Under the pieces are notes generated by a model that was not told the DNA's origin, searched no databases, and worked only from the letters and a program-made list of their open reading frames with translations. Shown one piece after another: positions 9,853-19,291 of a stretch of 64,000 nt of DNA. How positions within the stretch are numbered: position 1 is the first letter of the stretch; every line of letters starts with the position of its first letter. The position numbers and the translations under genes were made by a program. This DNA is from an uncultured Treponema sp. GTDB taxonomy: Bacteria > Spirochaetota > Spirochaetia > Treponematales > Breznakiellaceae. The stretch covers positions 64,919-128,918 of the forward strand of contig CAYRLW010000004.1 in the NCBI GenBank assembly GCA_964425215.1, read 5' to 3'.

Positions 9853-11322
9853 ATGTCTTTGTTTTCCATAGCCTTTCAGACCCTTGGGTGCAAATTAAAC
9901 CAAGTGGAGACCGAATCGGTGGTATCCGCTTTCCTGGCCCAGGGCTTTCGCGTCGTGCCCTGGGGCGAAACCGCGGACCTCTTTATTATCAATACCTGTA
10001 CGGTCACGTCTAAGGCCGAACAGAAGGCCCGAAGGGTTATTCGAAGGGCCCTGAAGGAAAACCCCGCCGCCTGCCTTATCGCCACGGGTTGTTACGCCCA
10101 GCTGGACGGGCCCGCGCTTCGGAGCCTCGGTTCCCCGGGACGCGTTCTGGTGGTTCCGGGGGATCAAAAGGATAGGCTCCTCGATTTGCCCGCTTTTTTA
10201 GCCGATACGGCCTGCGCTTCCGTCGATTTACCACCCCTGGTGGACCAGTGGCTCCGGGACACCGGGGCCGCCGGTACCACCCTATCCGAGAAGGCTGATG
10301 TACCGGCGTCCGGGACCGGCGACGGGCCGTCCCCCCGATTTCGCTTTGATGTACAGGATTTTGCCTTTCATTCCCGGGCTTTTTTAAAAATTCAGGACGG
10401 CTGTGACCATAGGTGCGCCTTTTGCCGGGTCCGATTGGCCCGGGGAAAAAGCCAAAGCCTGCGGAAGGATCTGGTGCTTCAACGCTTGAAGGAATTGGAA
10501 CACCGGGGGTACACCGAGGCGGTTCTAACGGGGGTAAATTTAAATCTCTACCGGGACGTTCCGTTGACCCTCGACGAAGCCGCTTCGATGGATCTGAGCG
10601 GTCTTTTGGCCTACCTGTTACGGGGTACCGAGCGGATTGCCTTACGGATATCCAGCACCGAACCGGAGGGCCTTACCCCAGACTTTGCCCGCATCGCGGC
10701 CCATCGGCGGATTCGGCCCCATTTCCATATTTCGGTCCAATCGGGGAGCGACAGGATCCTAGCGTTGATGCGGCGACCGTACACTGCCCGCCGCGTCGAA
10801 GATGGAATACGCCTGCTCCGTTCCGTCAAGGGGGACCCTTTTTTAGCCTGCGATATCATCACCGGTTTTCCTGGGGAAACGGAGGACGATTTTGAAGCGA
10901 CCTATGGGCTCTGCGAACGAATCGGCTTCGCGTGGATCCACGCCTTTCCCTTTTCTCCCCGGCCGGGGACCGAGGCGGAAACCATGGCCCCCCGGGTTCC
11001 CGAACGCGTGGCGGTCCAGCGCCTTGATCGGTTGATCGAATTGGCAAAGCGTTTACGGAGGGAATACCTGGACCGGTGGGTAGGCCAAGAAGTCTGGGCC
11101 ACCAGCGAAGCCTCCCATCATCTAACCAATTCGGGCCGTATTATGGCGGTTTCGGAGAATTACCTAAAGTTGCTTATCCCGACAACCCAGGCGATTCCCC
11201 CGGGAACCGAACTGCGTTGTCGTATCACCGAGCCGATCCCCTTTGTTCAGGAAATCTCTTCGGAGGATGGAATGGGCGCCGATGGGACCGCCGCCGACGG
11301 GATCGCCACGTTGATCCAGTAG
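9853..11322 (+). CDS. radical-SAM methylthiotransferase, MiaB/MtaB/RimO family
   Basis: N-terminal MTTase Cys triad (GCKLN, NTCTVT, GC) plus radical-SAM CDHRCAFC and Elp3-type core; C-terminal TRAM-like region. Confidence 0.8.
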   Translation: MSLFSIAFQTLGCKLNQVETESVVSAFLAQGFRVVPWGETADLFIINTCTVTSKAEQKARRVIRRALKENPAACLIATGCYAQLDGPALRSLGSPGRVLVVPGDQKDRLLDLPAFLADTACASVDLPPLVDQWLRDTGAAGTTLSEKADVPASGTGDGPSPRFRFDVQDFAFHSRAFLKIQDGCDHRCAFCRVRLARGKSQSLRKDLVLQRLKELEHRGYTEAVLTGVNLNLYRDVPLTLDEAASMDLSGLLAYLLRGTERIALRISSTEPEGLTPDFARIAAHRRIRPHFHISVQSGSDRILALMRRPYTARRVEDGIRLLRSVKGDPFLACDIITGFPGETEDDFEATYGLCERIGFAWIHAFPFSPRPGTEAETMAPRVPERVAVQRLDRLIELAKRLRREYLDRWVGQEVWATSEASHHLTNSGRIMAVSENYLKLLIPTTQAIPPGTELRCRITEPIPFVQEISSEDGMGADGTAADGIATLIQ

Positions 11323-11380
11323 AACCATTAGACAAACGATATGGGGAAACACTATTGAAAAACGATAGTAGAGATTTTGG

Positions 11381-12583
11381 ATGAAAATTTCATCCTATGG
11401 TGGTATAGTTTTAGGTATGCGTAGGATTTTCTCTTCCAGCCTTGTGGTGGGCCTTGTGGTGGGCCTTTTGGTGGTTCTCCCGATTCTTTCCCTTTGGCCC
11501 GATGATTGGTCGTTGCCTACCTGTTCGCCTAAAAACGCAGCGGTTCTGGGAGCGGGGGGCGGACTTACCGCCCTAGACGGCGGTTATCCGTCCCTGTTAG
11601 GAAATCCCGGCTCCTTTTCCAGCTCTAACGCCTCCTTCACCGCCCTGTCGATCAACCCCTGGGTGTACGGTTCTCCCCCCCGGGTCCTCTCTTCGCTTGC
11701 CGGTTCCCAGGATTATACGGACTACCTCCGCTGGGCTTCCCCCGAAGGGGCGGGGTTTGGGGGTTCCCTGGGAATAGGGTACGTGGGGAAAGGGGTAGCC
11801 CTGGCCTTTATTAATTCCACCGATTTTATCCAAAAGGGTAAAAGTTTCCCCTGCGGTACCTCGGGGTACTTGGTTTCCGATTTTTCCCTCCTGGGGGGCC
11901 TCGCGTTTACCCCCCTAACGTACGGGCCCCTAAGTTTGAGCCTGGGGGCGGACCTGCGGCCCACGATCCGCTTCTTTACCCCCCTGGAGGCTCAGACGGT
12001 GGCCGATTACCTATCCCAGCAAAACTCTTCGGTTCTTAATCAAACAAATATGTACCAGGGGGCCGCCCTGGCCTTGGACGCGGGCCTTTTAGTTCGGTTC
12101 GGTAAAACCGGGACCCTTGGTTTTTCGGTTCGCGATATTTTGGACACTAAATACAACATGTCTTTCTATCCCCTGGGAACCTGGCTCGATACCCTGCAAC
12201 GTTCGGGAATTCCGAATAACGGTATTCATAGCGGTGATACACTGTACGTACCCATGTCCTTTAACGTCGGCTTGGCGTACCAGCCTATCCAAGGAACGCT
12301 CGCCTCCCTGGTGGACCCCCGGTTCTCCCTGGACCTGGTCAATATGGAAACCCTGTTTAACGGTTCCTCGGTTTGGGAAAACCTTAGGGGAGGGGTGGAC
12401 CTACGGTTATTTTCCTGGTTTTCCCTCCGGGGGGGCTACGATCAAGGGTCCCTTACCGGGGGGCTGGGTTTTAAAATCCTCGCCCTGGACCTGAACGTGG
12501 CCGTTTTTACCCCCCTGTCGGGTCTTTCTCTCGAAAATGTTCCCTCTTCGGGAATTTCCATGGAAATGGCGTTTCGCTTTTAG
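11381..12583 (+). CDS. outer-membrane beta-barrel candidate, FadL/TodX-like
   Basis: Hydrophobic N-terminus, Gly/aromatic-rich alternating strands, NPG motif near N-terminus, C-terminal ...FRF; paralogous to 13389..14537. Confidence 0.4.
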   Translation: MKISSYGGIVLGMRRIFSSSLVVGLVVGLLVVLPILSLWPDDWSLPTCSPKNAAVLGAGGGLTALDGGYPSLLGNPGSFSSSNASFTALSINPWVYGSPPRVLSSLAGSQDYTDYLRWASPEGAGFGGSLGIGYVGKGVALAFINSTDFIQKGKSFPCGTSGYLVSDFSLLGGLAFTPLTYGPLSLSLGADLRPTIRFFTPLEAQTVADYLSQQNSSVLNQTNMYQGAALALDAGLLVRFGKTGTLGFSVRDILDTKYNMSFYPLGTWLDTLQRSGIPNNGIHSGDTLYVPMSFNVGLAYQPIQGTLASLVDPRFSLDLVNMETLFNGSSVWENLRGGVDLRLFSWFSLRGGYDQGSLTGGLGFKILALDLNVAVFTPLSGLSLENVPSSGISMEMAFRF

Positions 12584-12632
12584 AAGCCTGGACGGATGGA
12601 CCTGAACGTATCATACTGGTAGAAGGAGAACT

Positions 12633-13364
12633 GTGATGAACCGTTTACGATGGGCCCAACAAATCCTCGGGATCGGATTTTTTGCGGTCCTCTCTCTGTT
12701 TCCTCTTTCGTGCAAACAATTTTTTTCCACCTCCCTGGCATCCTGGGCCGCCCGGGACCCCTCGTCCCTGGTACCCTCCGTTTCGGCCAGCAACGTCAAT
12801 GACCTCATCGACCAGTCGGCCAACAATCCAGTCCTGGCGTTGGAGGTTCTTAAGGGTATTCAAAGCGCCGCCGGTAGTGCTTCGGGGCAGGACCTGGTAA
12901 CCCTACAGGTAGCATCCGTCACCGCCGCGTCCAACGCCAGCGGGCTGGGGACGGCGATCCTGCAAAACGCGGGGAATATCGTCGATTCCCTTTCGGGTAG
13001 CAATTCTACCGCGGTAATCGACCTGGTTTCCAACGCCGTTTCGGGGCTAACCCAGCTATCCCCCTCCGGCTCGGCTCTTGTAGCGATCCTTCCGTCCCCG
13101 ACAGACACTACCGCCTTTAACGCCTTTGTATCCCAGGCCACGCCGGAGAACCTGGCCATGGCGGCGGTAACGATTTTGGCGGCCCAGGCCCAGGCGACGG
13201 GAAACGTGACAACGTATATCAATAGTTTTCCCGCAAGTCCCAGCGCCGGTACTCCTGAAGCACTGGCCTCCGCGTTGGCCTCCAGCGCTAAAACGAAATA
13301 CGCCGCCGAAGGCGGGACGGGCCCCCTGGCGGATATTCTTGCGGCTTTAAATTTGACGACATAA
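12633..13364 (+). CDS. Ala/Ser-rich lipoprotein
   Basis: Signal peptide plus lipobox-like FPLSC; low-complexity A/S/T/G-rich mature part. Confidence 0.5.
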   Translation: MMNRLRWAQQILGIGFFAVLSLFPLSCKQFFSTSLASWAARDPSSLVPSVSASNVNDLIDQSANNPVLALEVLKGIQSAAGSASGQDLVTLQVASVTAASNASGLGTAILQNAGNIVDSLSGSNSTAVIDLVSNAVSGLTQLSPSGSALVAILPSPTDTTAFNAFVSQATPENLAMAAVTILAAQAQATGNVTTYINSFPASPSAGTPEALASALASSAKTKYAAEGGTGPLADILAALNLTT

Positions 13365-13388
13365 AACCAAAAAAGAGGAGAATCGGCG

Positions 13389-14537
13389 GTGCGCGCGATA
13401 GCGATTAAAAAAGGTATCCTTGTAGCCCTAGTCCTCGTCCTGGGTATTTCGTGGGTGGGGGCGGAAACCGTCAGCCCCTTTACCCTTCCTTCGGCCCGGC
13501 TGGGAGCCCTGGGGGGACGACACGGTACCCTGAGCGACGATTTTACCACCCTGTTCACCAATCCCGCGGGCTTCGTGGGGGTAAAGGAACAGTTGAGCGC
13601 CGCCCAAATTTCCGCCAGCGCCTACGGTCCCCTGTTTGATATCGCCGATGTGCTGATTAACTACCTCGGTTCCTCCGGTGCCCTGGATATTTCCAAAATA
13701 GTCGGACCCGGGGGCCTCGCCACCGGTTTAAGCCTGGGGGGACCGGTCTCCTTCGGGTGGGTAGGCCGGGGGCTAGGATTTGGCATTTTTAACAGAACCA
13801 CCATGGACGCCGTTACCCTCGGTTCAAATCTAAAAGCGGTCCCCTCGGAGGAACTGCTGATTACCGGAGGGTACGCGTTTCGAATTTTCGATAAGAACAG
13901 CCAGGTTATCGATGCGGGGTTTTTAGGCAAGGGCTTCTTCCGGGGCACCCTGGGACTTCAATCGTCCATATTTACGGTGACCGATTTATTCAGCGGCGAT
14001 CCGCTGGGTTCAAAACCCTTTACAACCGTCGCGGGGGTTGGTGTCGATCTGGGCGTAAAGTACGATTTAGCCAAAACCTTCGACGCCTCGTTGGTATGGC
14101 ACGACGCCTATTCTCCGGCCCTTAAATCGACCTATACCTCCACCGCCGATTTTATCGGCGGGAAGCAACCCCTTTCAAATTCCTACGTAATCGTTTCATC
14201 CGGTTTGGACGTAGGCGTTTCGTACACCCCCAAATACCCCCAGCTGGATCAGTACGTTTCCCGTTTATCCTTCTACCTGGATTATCGGGATATGCTGAAC
14301 CTCTTTGCCCTCATACCCCGAAACCCCATTTTGAACGTGGGCCTGGGCGTGGAGGCCGTGGTCCTGGACGCCCTTAGCCTTAGGGCGGGAATTACGGACG
14401 CCCTGCCTGCTTTGGGCTTTGGCATCGATTTTACCGTTATGCGCCTGGATTTTGCCATGCGGGGGGTCGAGCTGGGCCTGGATCCGGGGGTACAATCCAC
14501 CTATGCTATCGACTTGGACCTCCTTTTCCGGTACTAG
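13389..14537 (+). CDS. outer-membrane beta-barrel candidate, FadL/TodX-like (paralog)
   Basis: Signal peptide, LFTNPAGF motif (FadL family has an N-proximal NPA(G) motif), C-terminal ...LFRY. Confidence 0.4.
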   Translation: MRAIAIKKGILVALVLVLGISWVGAETVSPFTLPSARLGALGGRHGTLSDDFTTLFTNPAGFVGVKEQLSAAQISASAYGPLFDIADVLINYLGSSGALDISKIVGPGGLATGLSLGGPVSFGWVGRGLGFGIFNRTTMDAVTLGSNLKAVPSEELLITGGYAFRIFDKNSQVIDAGFLGKGFFRGTLGLQSSIFTVTDLFSGDPLGSKPFTTVAGVGVDLGVKYDLAKTFDASLVWHDAYSPALKSTYTSTADFIGGKQPLSNSYVIVSSGLDVGVSYTPKYPQLDQYVSRLSFYLDYRDMLNLFALIPRNPILNVGLGVEAVVLDALSLRAGITDALPALGFGIDFTVMRLDFAMRGVELGLDPGVQSTYAIDLDLLFRY

Positions 14538-14628
14538 GAATTGGGCAAACCTGTCCCACCGGTTCGTCTGAAGGCGGTTTATCGGGGTTTGAAAATCTAA
14601 AAATCCTCCGATTCAATCCCCAAAACCC

Positions 14629-14657
14629 TTGACCTTTCGGAGCTATTTCGTTATTGT
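14629..14657 (+). promoter_or_regulatory. sigma70-like promoter for tRNA-Lys
   Basis: TTGACC -17 nt- TATTGT, ending about 10 nt before the tRNA 5' end. Confidence 0.45.
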
Positions 14658-14667
14658 ACCTAACCAC

Positions 14668-14740
14668 GGGCCACTAGCTCAGACGGTAGAGCAACGCCCT
14701 TTTAAGGCGTGGGTCACTGGTTCGAATCCAGTGTGGCTCA
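14668..14740 (+). tRNA. tRNA-Lys (anticodon TTT)
   Basis: Cloverleaf: acceptor GGGCCAC/GTGGCTC, D-arm AGCTCAGACGGTAGAGC, anticodon stem ACGCC/GGCGT with loop CTTTTAA, T-arm CACTG-GTTCGAATC-CAGTG; discriminator A; CCA not encoded. Confidence 0.9.
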
Positions 14741-15179
14741 AAGAAAGAAAAGCCCCTCCGACAGGAGGGGCTTTTCTACGTCCATAAACGCACTGGATTC
14801 GAACGCCCTGAGCGCGCGCCAGGGGCGCGGAAGGCGGACAGGAAGTCCGCCGCCAGCGAAGGGCGCGGCCTGGAGGGCCGAGACAGGAAGTCGAGGGCCG
14901 GAAGGCGAATCCAGTGTGGCTCAAAGAAAGAAAAGCCCCTCCGACAGGAGGGGCTTTTTTACGTCCATAAACGCACTGGATTCGAACGCCCTGAGCGCGC
15001 GCCAGGGGCGCGGAAGGCGGACAGGAAGTCCGCCGCCAGCGAAGGGCGCGGCCTGGAGGGCCGAGACAGGAAGTCGAGGGCCGGAAGGCGAATCCAGTGT
15101 GGCTCAAAGAAAGAAAAGCCCCTCCGACAGGAGGGGCTTTTTTACGCTCCGAAAGGCACTGGATTCGAACGCCCTGAGC
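14724..15179 (+). repeat. about 2.5 tandem copies of a 183-bp unit starting inside the tRNA-Lys 3' end
   Basis: Units 14724-14906 and 14907-15089 differ by one base; partial third unit 15090-15179, more diverged. Each unit has 18 nt identical to the tRNA 3' end (cgaatccagtgtggctca) plus a terminator plus a 130-nt GC-rich structured segment. Confidence 0.85.
14750..14777 (+). terminator. Rho-independent terminator after tRNA-Lys, repeated in each tandem unit
   Basis: gcccctcc-gaca-ggaggggc 8-bp stem plus T-run; re-occurs at 14933.. and 15116.. Confidence 0.6.
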
Positions 15180-15205
15180 TCTTACACTATAAACGGGGGC
15201 AATCT

Positions 15206-15778
15206 ATGGCAAAGGCGGTATTGGAGCTCATGCGGGGGGATATTACCACTCTGGATGTGGACGCTATCGTGAACGCGGCGAATTCGACCCTGTTGGGCGG
15301 CGGCGGGGTGGATGGGGCGATTCACCGGGCGGCGGGGCCGGCGTTGCTGGCCGAGTGTCGTCGCAGAGCCGATGAGATCGGGGGGTGCCCTCCAGGGTGC
15401 GCGGTGATCACCGGCGCGGGCAGGCTCCCCTGTAAGCGGGTTATCCATACGGTGGGCCCGGTTTGGCACGGGGGCAAGCGGGGAGAAGCAGAGCTTTTAG
15501 CTTCCTGTTACCAGGAGAGCCTTCGGCTTGCCCAGAAGGAGGCCCTTCATTGTATAGCTTTTCCCAACATTAGCACGGGGGTGTACGGGTATCCAAAGGA
15601 ATTAGCCGCGCCGGTGGTCCTTCAGGCGGTCCGCTCTTTTCTTCCCCAGGCGAGCGAGGTACAACGGGTCATTTTTGTGTGCTTTGATGAGGAAAATTAC
15701 CGTATATACCGTTCCCTTTTGGATAATCCCGACCAAGGCTCCGAGGAGTTTATCGACCGACAGGTTCCTAGGGCTTAG
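15206..15778 (+). CDS. macro-domain protein (O-acetyl-ADP-ribose deacetylase, MacroD/YmdB-like)
   Basis: [34 protein letters not shown] and [15 protein letters not shown] macro-domain motifs. Confidence 0.8.
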   Translation: MAKAVLELMRGDITTLDVDAIVNAANSTLLGGGGVDGAIHRAAGPALLAECRRRADEIGGCPPGCAVITGAGRLPCKRVIHTVGPVWHGGKRGEAELLASCYQESLRLAQKEALHCIAFPNISTGVYGYPKELAAPVVLQAVRSFLPQASEVQRVIFVCFDEENYRIYRSLLDNPDQGSEEFIDRQVPRA

Positions 15779-16064
15779 AAACCGCGAGGCCATGAACCAT
15801 CGGAGCGAAAATGGCGGGAAAGGAGAGGGTTTTAAGCCGGGATTTTTCCCCCGAAACGATAAGTACGTCCTTTTTGGGGCAACCAACCTTTTTTGCCAAA
15901 AAGGATCGGAGTTCCAGGTTAGCCTTCCCATCTTCGGGGGCGGCGGCGACGCGCAATCGAAGCCTTCCCTCTTGAATATCCATGATTTCGGTTTTAGAGG
16001 CCCCCGGGACGACCTTGACCTCTAGGAATACCCGAGCTTCCGCGTCGGCGTGTGGCTTTTTCAT
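15768..16064 (-). CDS. DUF167 (YggU-like) family protein
   Basis: [14 protein letters not shown]...[33 protein letters not shown] matches DUF167 pattern; start set at ATG forming an ATGA overlap with the upstream gene stop. Confidence 0.55.
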   Translation of the reverse strand: MKKPHADAEARVFLEVKVVPGASKTEIMDIQEGRLRLRVAAAPEDGKANLELRSFLAKKVGCPKKDVLIVSGEKSRLKTLSFPAIFAPMVHGLAVSKP

Positions 16065-16627
16065 ACCGAGGCGTTGGAAGGGAGCCAAGCTAACTGGCCA
16101 ATTTCCCAGGCAAAAGAAAAATCCCTGGTTCCGTAGGGGAGGGGCCGGATTAGAAAATTCGCCAGGGCCGCGGCCCGGAACGTTAGGGGCTTTTCCAGCT
16201 TGTCTAAGAAAAAACGTTCCGAATGGTGTTCCGTATCCGATGGACCGAGGATCGTAAGCCCCAAAACTACGGGACTAAGGGGCCGCGTCCCCAGGGAGGC
16301 TTCCAACTCCAGGGGAGAAAGCCCCAGATTCAAGCCCCCAAGGTGTGGAAACGAGGGAATGGAAACCGTAGCCCAGCCTTGGACCGTAAATTTACCCTCA
16401 CTATTCATGTGGTTGACCCTCTGCCGTAAGGATTTCCCCAATTTTATTAAGTTTTCCCGGGAAAGGCTTTGGGATACCACCGCTAAGGGAGCCACGGGGG
16501 GGAATGAACGGGCTCCAAAGACCCCGGATTGGAATAATTTTTCACCGTAGGCCCTTAAAAGTCTGCGGGTATCCCTATGGGGTACCAGGACCAAAAGGCG
16601 TATTATGGAATTATCGCTGGATTTCAT
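16061..16627 (-). CDS. hypothetical protein (188 aa)
   Basis: ORF translationally coupled (ATGA) to the DUF167 gene; no family assigned. Confidence 0.4.
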   Translation of the reverse strand: MKSSDNSIIRLLVLVPHRDTRRLLRAYGEKLFQSGVFGARSFPPVAPLAVVSQSLSRENLIKLGKSLRQRVNHMNSEGKFTVQGWATVSIPSFPHLGGLNLGLSPLELEASLGTRPLSPVVLGLTILGPSDTEHHSERFFLDKLEKPLTFRAAALANFLIRPLPYGTRDFSFAWEIGQLAWLPSNASV

Positions 16628-16695
16628 ATTCCCAATTTTCCGCTTCCATGATACAGTGATATATCTTTAATGTAAAGGAAAGGTTTAAAGGGCGT

Positions 16696-17475
16696 ATGAA
16701 ACGCAAAACCAAACTATTGGTGGATCGGCTTTCGGAAACCATCGCGTCTTGGCCATCCATCGAGTGTATCTCCCTTAATGAAGCCGCCATCCCCGATACC
16801 TTGGACCCCTATTTCGCGCTTATTTTTGACGTGTACTACCGTAAACCCATCATCGCTCCAGAGGAACGGCGCCGTTTGTACGGGGACGATGTTCTTGCCT
16901 TTGAAACCTCCGCCCAGGGCAACAAGGACCGGTTCCTTATTGGGGATCTGCCGGTTCGAATCGAGTACAAGGACGTGGAAAAGATCCAGGAACTCGTGAC
17001 CATCGCGGATTCCCAAACCGATCACCTCTGGCTCATTAAAGATTCGGGAACCTACGGGTTTTATCGGCTTTCCCAGGGGGAGGTGCTTTTTCATCGGAGC
17101 CCGTGGATCGATGAAATTCGCCAACGGTTGTCCAAACTGGGGGACGATTTTTGGATCCAAATGCGGGATGCCCACCAGTCCAAGATGGAACATTTTTTAA
17201 GCGATTTGGGGGCCGCTTTAATTCAGGGCGACGATTTCCATTATTTGATTTCTTCCGCTGGATTTATCAAAAACGCCTGCGTGGCCCTCTTTTGTATAAA
17301 TCGTCGTTTTGAACCCTCCCACCGAGGATTTTATGAGCAGGTAAAGGACCTTCCTATTTTACCCGAAGAGTTTATAGGACGATTTGAAAGCTTCCTCCGG
17401 AACGATTCGGAAATGACAGCCCAGCGAAAGTATTCCCTGGCCCAATTAATCGCCCGGAGCGTCCTTTCTCTGTAG
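16696..17475 (+). CDS. hypothetical protein (259 aa)
   Basis: ORF with upstream AAGG RBS; no family assigned. Confidence 0.4.
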   Translation: MKRKTKLLVDRLSETIASWPSIECISLNEAAIPDTLDPYFALIFDVYYRKPIIAPEERRRLYGDDVLAFETSAQGNKDRFLIGDLPVRIEYKDVEKIQELVTIADSQTDHLWLIKDSGTYGFYRLSQGEVLFHRSPWIDEIRQRLSKLGDDFWIQMRDAHQSKMEHFLSDLGAALIQGDDFHYLISSAGFIKNACVALFCINRRFEPSHRGFYEQVKDLPILPEEFIGRFESFLRNDSEMTAQRKYSLAQLIARSVLSL

Positions 17476-17491
17476 CTTTAAGAAGGTAGCC

Positions 17492-19291
17492 ATGGTTACG
17501 TCTACTTCCCCGGGGCTTTGGCGTTTAAGTACGGCGGCCTTTTTTTTCTTAAGTATCCTATCCGCCTCCTGGTCCCTCAGTTCCTGCTCGTTTAAAAAGC
17601 CCTCCGGATTGACCGTGGAATTGTACGGAGCTTCCCCTTCCTCGGAGGGGGGGAGATCCTTTATCCTGTACGCCCTGTCCAGGGCTTCCCTCGAACCGAG
17701 GCTCGAGGGGGGAAAAAAAGGACGGCTTGAATACGCCCTCGATCCGGCGCTTTCTATACCCCGGGGCTACGGTCTGGAAGTGGAGTATACCCTGCTTCCT
17801 GGAAAAGAAGACGCCACCACCATGAAGAAGTCCACAGCAGGACCGGGTATGAAAGAGGATCAACCTCATCCCGGCGCTTTCCTGCTGAAGACCGGGGATT
17901 CTGTTTCTTGGATCCTCCCCCAGGACGGCCAATTTTTAGGAATCCCGGAAAAACGTTCCACCCTCCGCTACTGTGTTCCCCTGAGTTCCAATACCCTTGG
18001 TTCTATCATCTTTTCATCCACCGGTACGGAGGGGGTTCTCCAAATCCAAGCCCTTCGATTGGTTCCCCAATGGTTTGGGTTTCAACGGGATGGGCCTGCC
18101 CTAAACATCAGTCCCTTTGTATCCTTTCAACCTGCTAATTCCGGGTCGGGAGGAACCTATAGCATCGATGTCCCGGATCAATTTCGGCTTTCTACCCCCC
18201 TGGCTCTATCGATAGGGGGGATTAAGGGGTCCATGAAGGTGGTCTCCGCTGACGTTGCCTACGATTATAAGGCCGATCTTTTTGGCGATTCGATCCTCAT
18301 CGGTCCAGGAAATCTAGGAACGCCCCCGTTTCCCCTTAGCCTTTCGGCTTCCCGGACTCCCGATTCGATGATTCTACAAGCGGCGATCCCTCCGTCTTCG
18401 CTCCAGAAGGCTATCCCCGCCGATCCGGGTCTAATCCTTTCGTACCAACAAAATTTTTGGCGGGATAAACGGTTCGAGGTCTTTTCGTGGGATCGGTTCC
18501 CCTCGATTTTGATTTTTGATACCGAAAATTACGCAATTCAGGATAAACTATTTAAGCGGCTCGCCTTTTTTGTGGAAAAGACCGGGTACCGGGGGCACTT
18601 AGCGACGGTTACGGAGATGGCCCCCTACCACGGTTGGAACGCCCACGACTATCGGGCCCAAGATTTGGCCGCCTTTTTTGAACAGGCCCGGGCCACTAAA
18701 TTCCCTTTGTCGGAGGAAGAACATGATCTTCTCCGTATCCTTTTGGTCAACGGGCTCGTTACGATTCAAGACCAGGGACTTAAAAGCGAACGGTACGTGG
18801 GGGGTACCGGGGCGATTATCTCCATTTCCCGGGAATCGGAAGGCTATCTCCGTTCCCTGTTTATGGTCCACGAGCTTTTTCACGGGCTTTTTTTTATCGA
18901 TGGGGATTTCCAAGCCTTCGCTAAACAGCGGTGGGATACCCTAGATCCCTTTGCCCGGCGTTTTATTACCGCCTACTTTGATTCCCGGATGTACGACGTC
19001 AGGGATCCCCTTTTGATGAGGAACGAGCTGATGGCCTACTGTCTGCAACAGCCCGTTTCCTTGGCGGCCGCCTATTTTGGAAAAAATATAGCCGGTCGTT
19101 TGGCGGCGGACCCCCGGCGCCGGTCGGTCTTAAGCACCCCCAGCGACCCTTCGGGGCTCTGGGAAGAGCCGGCCCGTCTTTTTACCCAAGAAGCGGCGGC
19201 CTTTTCCTCCTACGTGGAAAAACGCTGGGGCCTCTCTGCCGGCAGAATAGCCCGGATCTACCAAATATCCTGGGCAAAGGGTACGCGCTGA
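17492..19291 (+). CDS. putative lipoprotein with HExxH zinc-metallopeptidase-like motif
   Basis: Signal peptide plus lipobox-like LSSC; FMVHELFHGLF (HExxH) near C-terminal third; otherwise unrecognised. Confidence 0.4.
   Translation: MVTSTSPGLWRLSTAAFFFLSILSASWSLSSCSFKKPSGLTVELYGASPSSEGGRSFILYALSRASLEPRLEGGKKGRLEYALDPALSIPRGYGLEVEYTLLPGKEDATTMKKSTAGPGMKEDQPHPGAFLLKTGDSVSWILPQDGQFLGIPEKRSTLRYCVPLSSNTLGSIIFSSTGTEGVLQIQALRLVPQWFGFQRDGPALNISPFVSFQPANSGSGGTYSIDVPDQFRLSTPLALSIGGIKGSMKVVSADVAYDYKADLFGDSILIGPGNLGTPPFPLSLSASRTPDSMILQAAIPPSSLQKAIPADPGLILSYQQNFWRDKRFEVFSWDRFPSILIFDTENYAIQDKLFKRLAFFVEKTGYRGHLATVTEMAPYHGWNAHDYRAQDLAAFFEQARATKFPLSEEEHDLLRILLVNGLVTIQDQGLKSERYVGGTGAIISISRESEGYLRSLFMVHELFHGLFFIDGDFQAFAKQRWDTLDPFARRFITAYFDSRMYDVRDPLLMRNELMAYCLQQPVSLAAAYFGKNIAGRLAADPRRRSVLSTPSDPSGLWEEPARLFTQEAAAFSSYVEKRWGLSAGRIARIYQISWAKGTR

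Noticed and set aside
14780-14910. Possibility that the repeat unit encodes an inverted tRNA or tRNA pseudogene on the minus strand (because of cactggattcgaa)
   Set aside because: The T-loop sequence ttcgaa is itself palindromic, so the reverse-complement match is equivalent to a direct T-arm match. No complementary T-stem, anticodon arm or acceptor stem can be drawn on the minus strand.
14679-15272. Long ORFs on both strands (142 aa minus, 187 aa plus) spanning the tandem repeats after tRNA-Lys
   Set aside because: They exist only because the 183-bp period is a multiple of 3. Their translations are exact 61-aa repeats with no RBS or family similarity, and they run through terminator hairpins.
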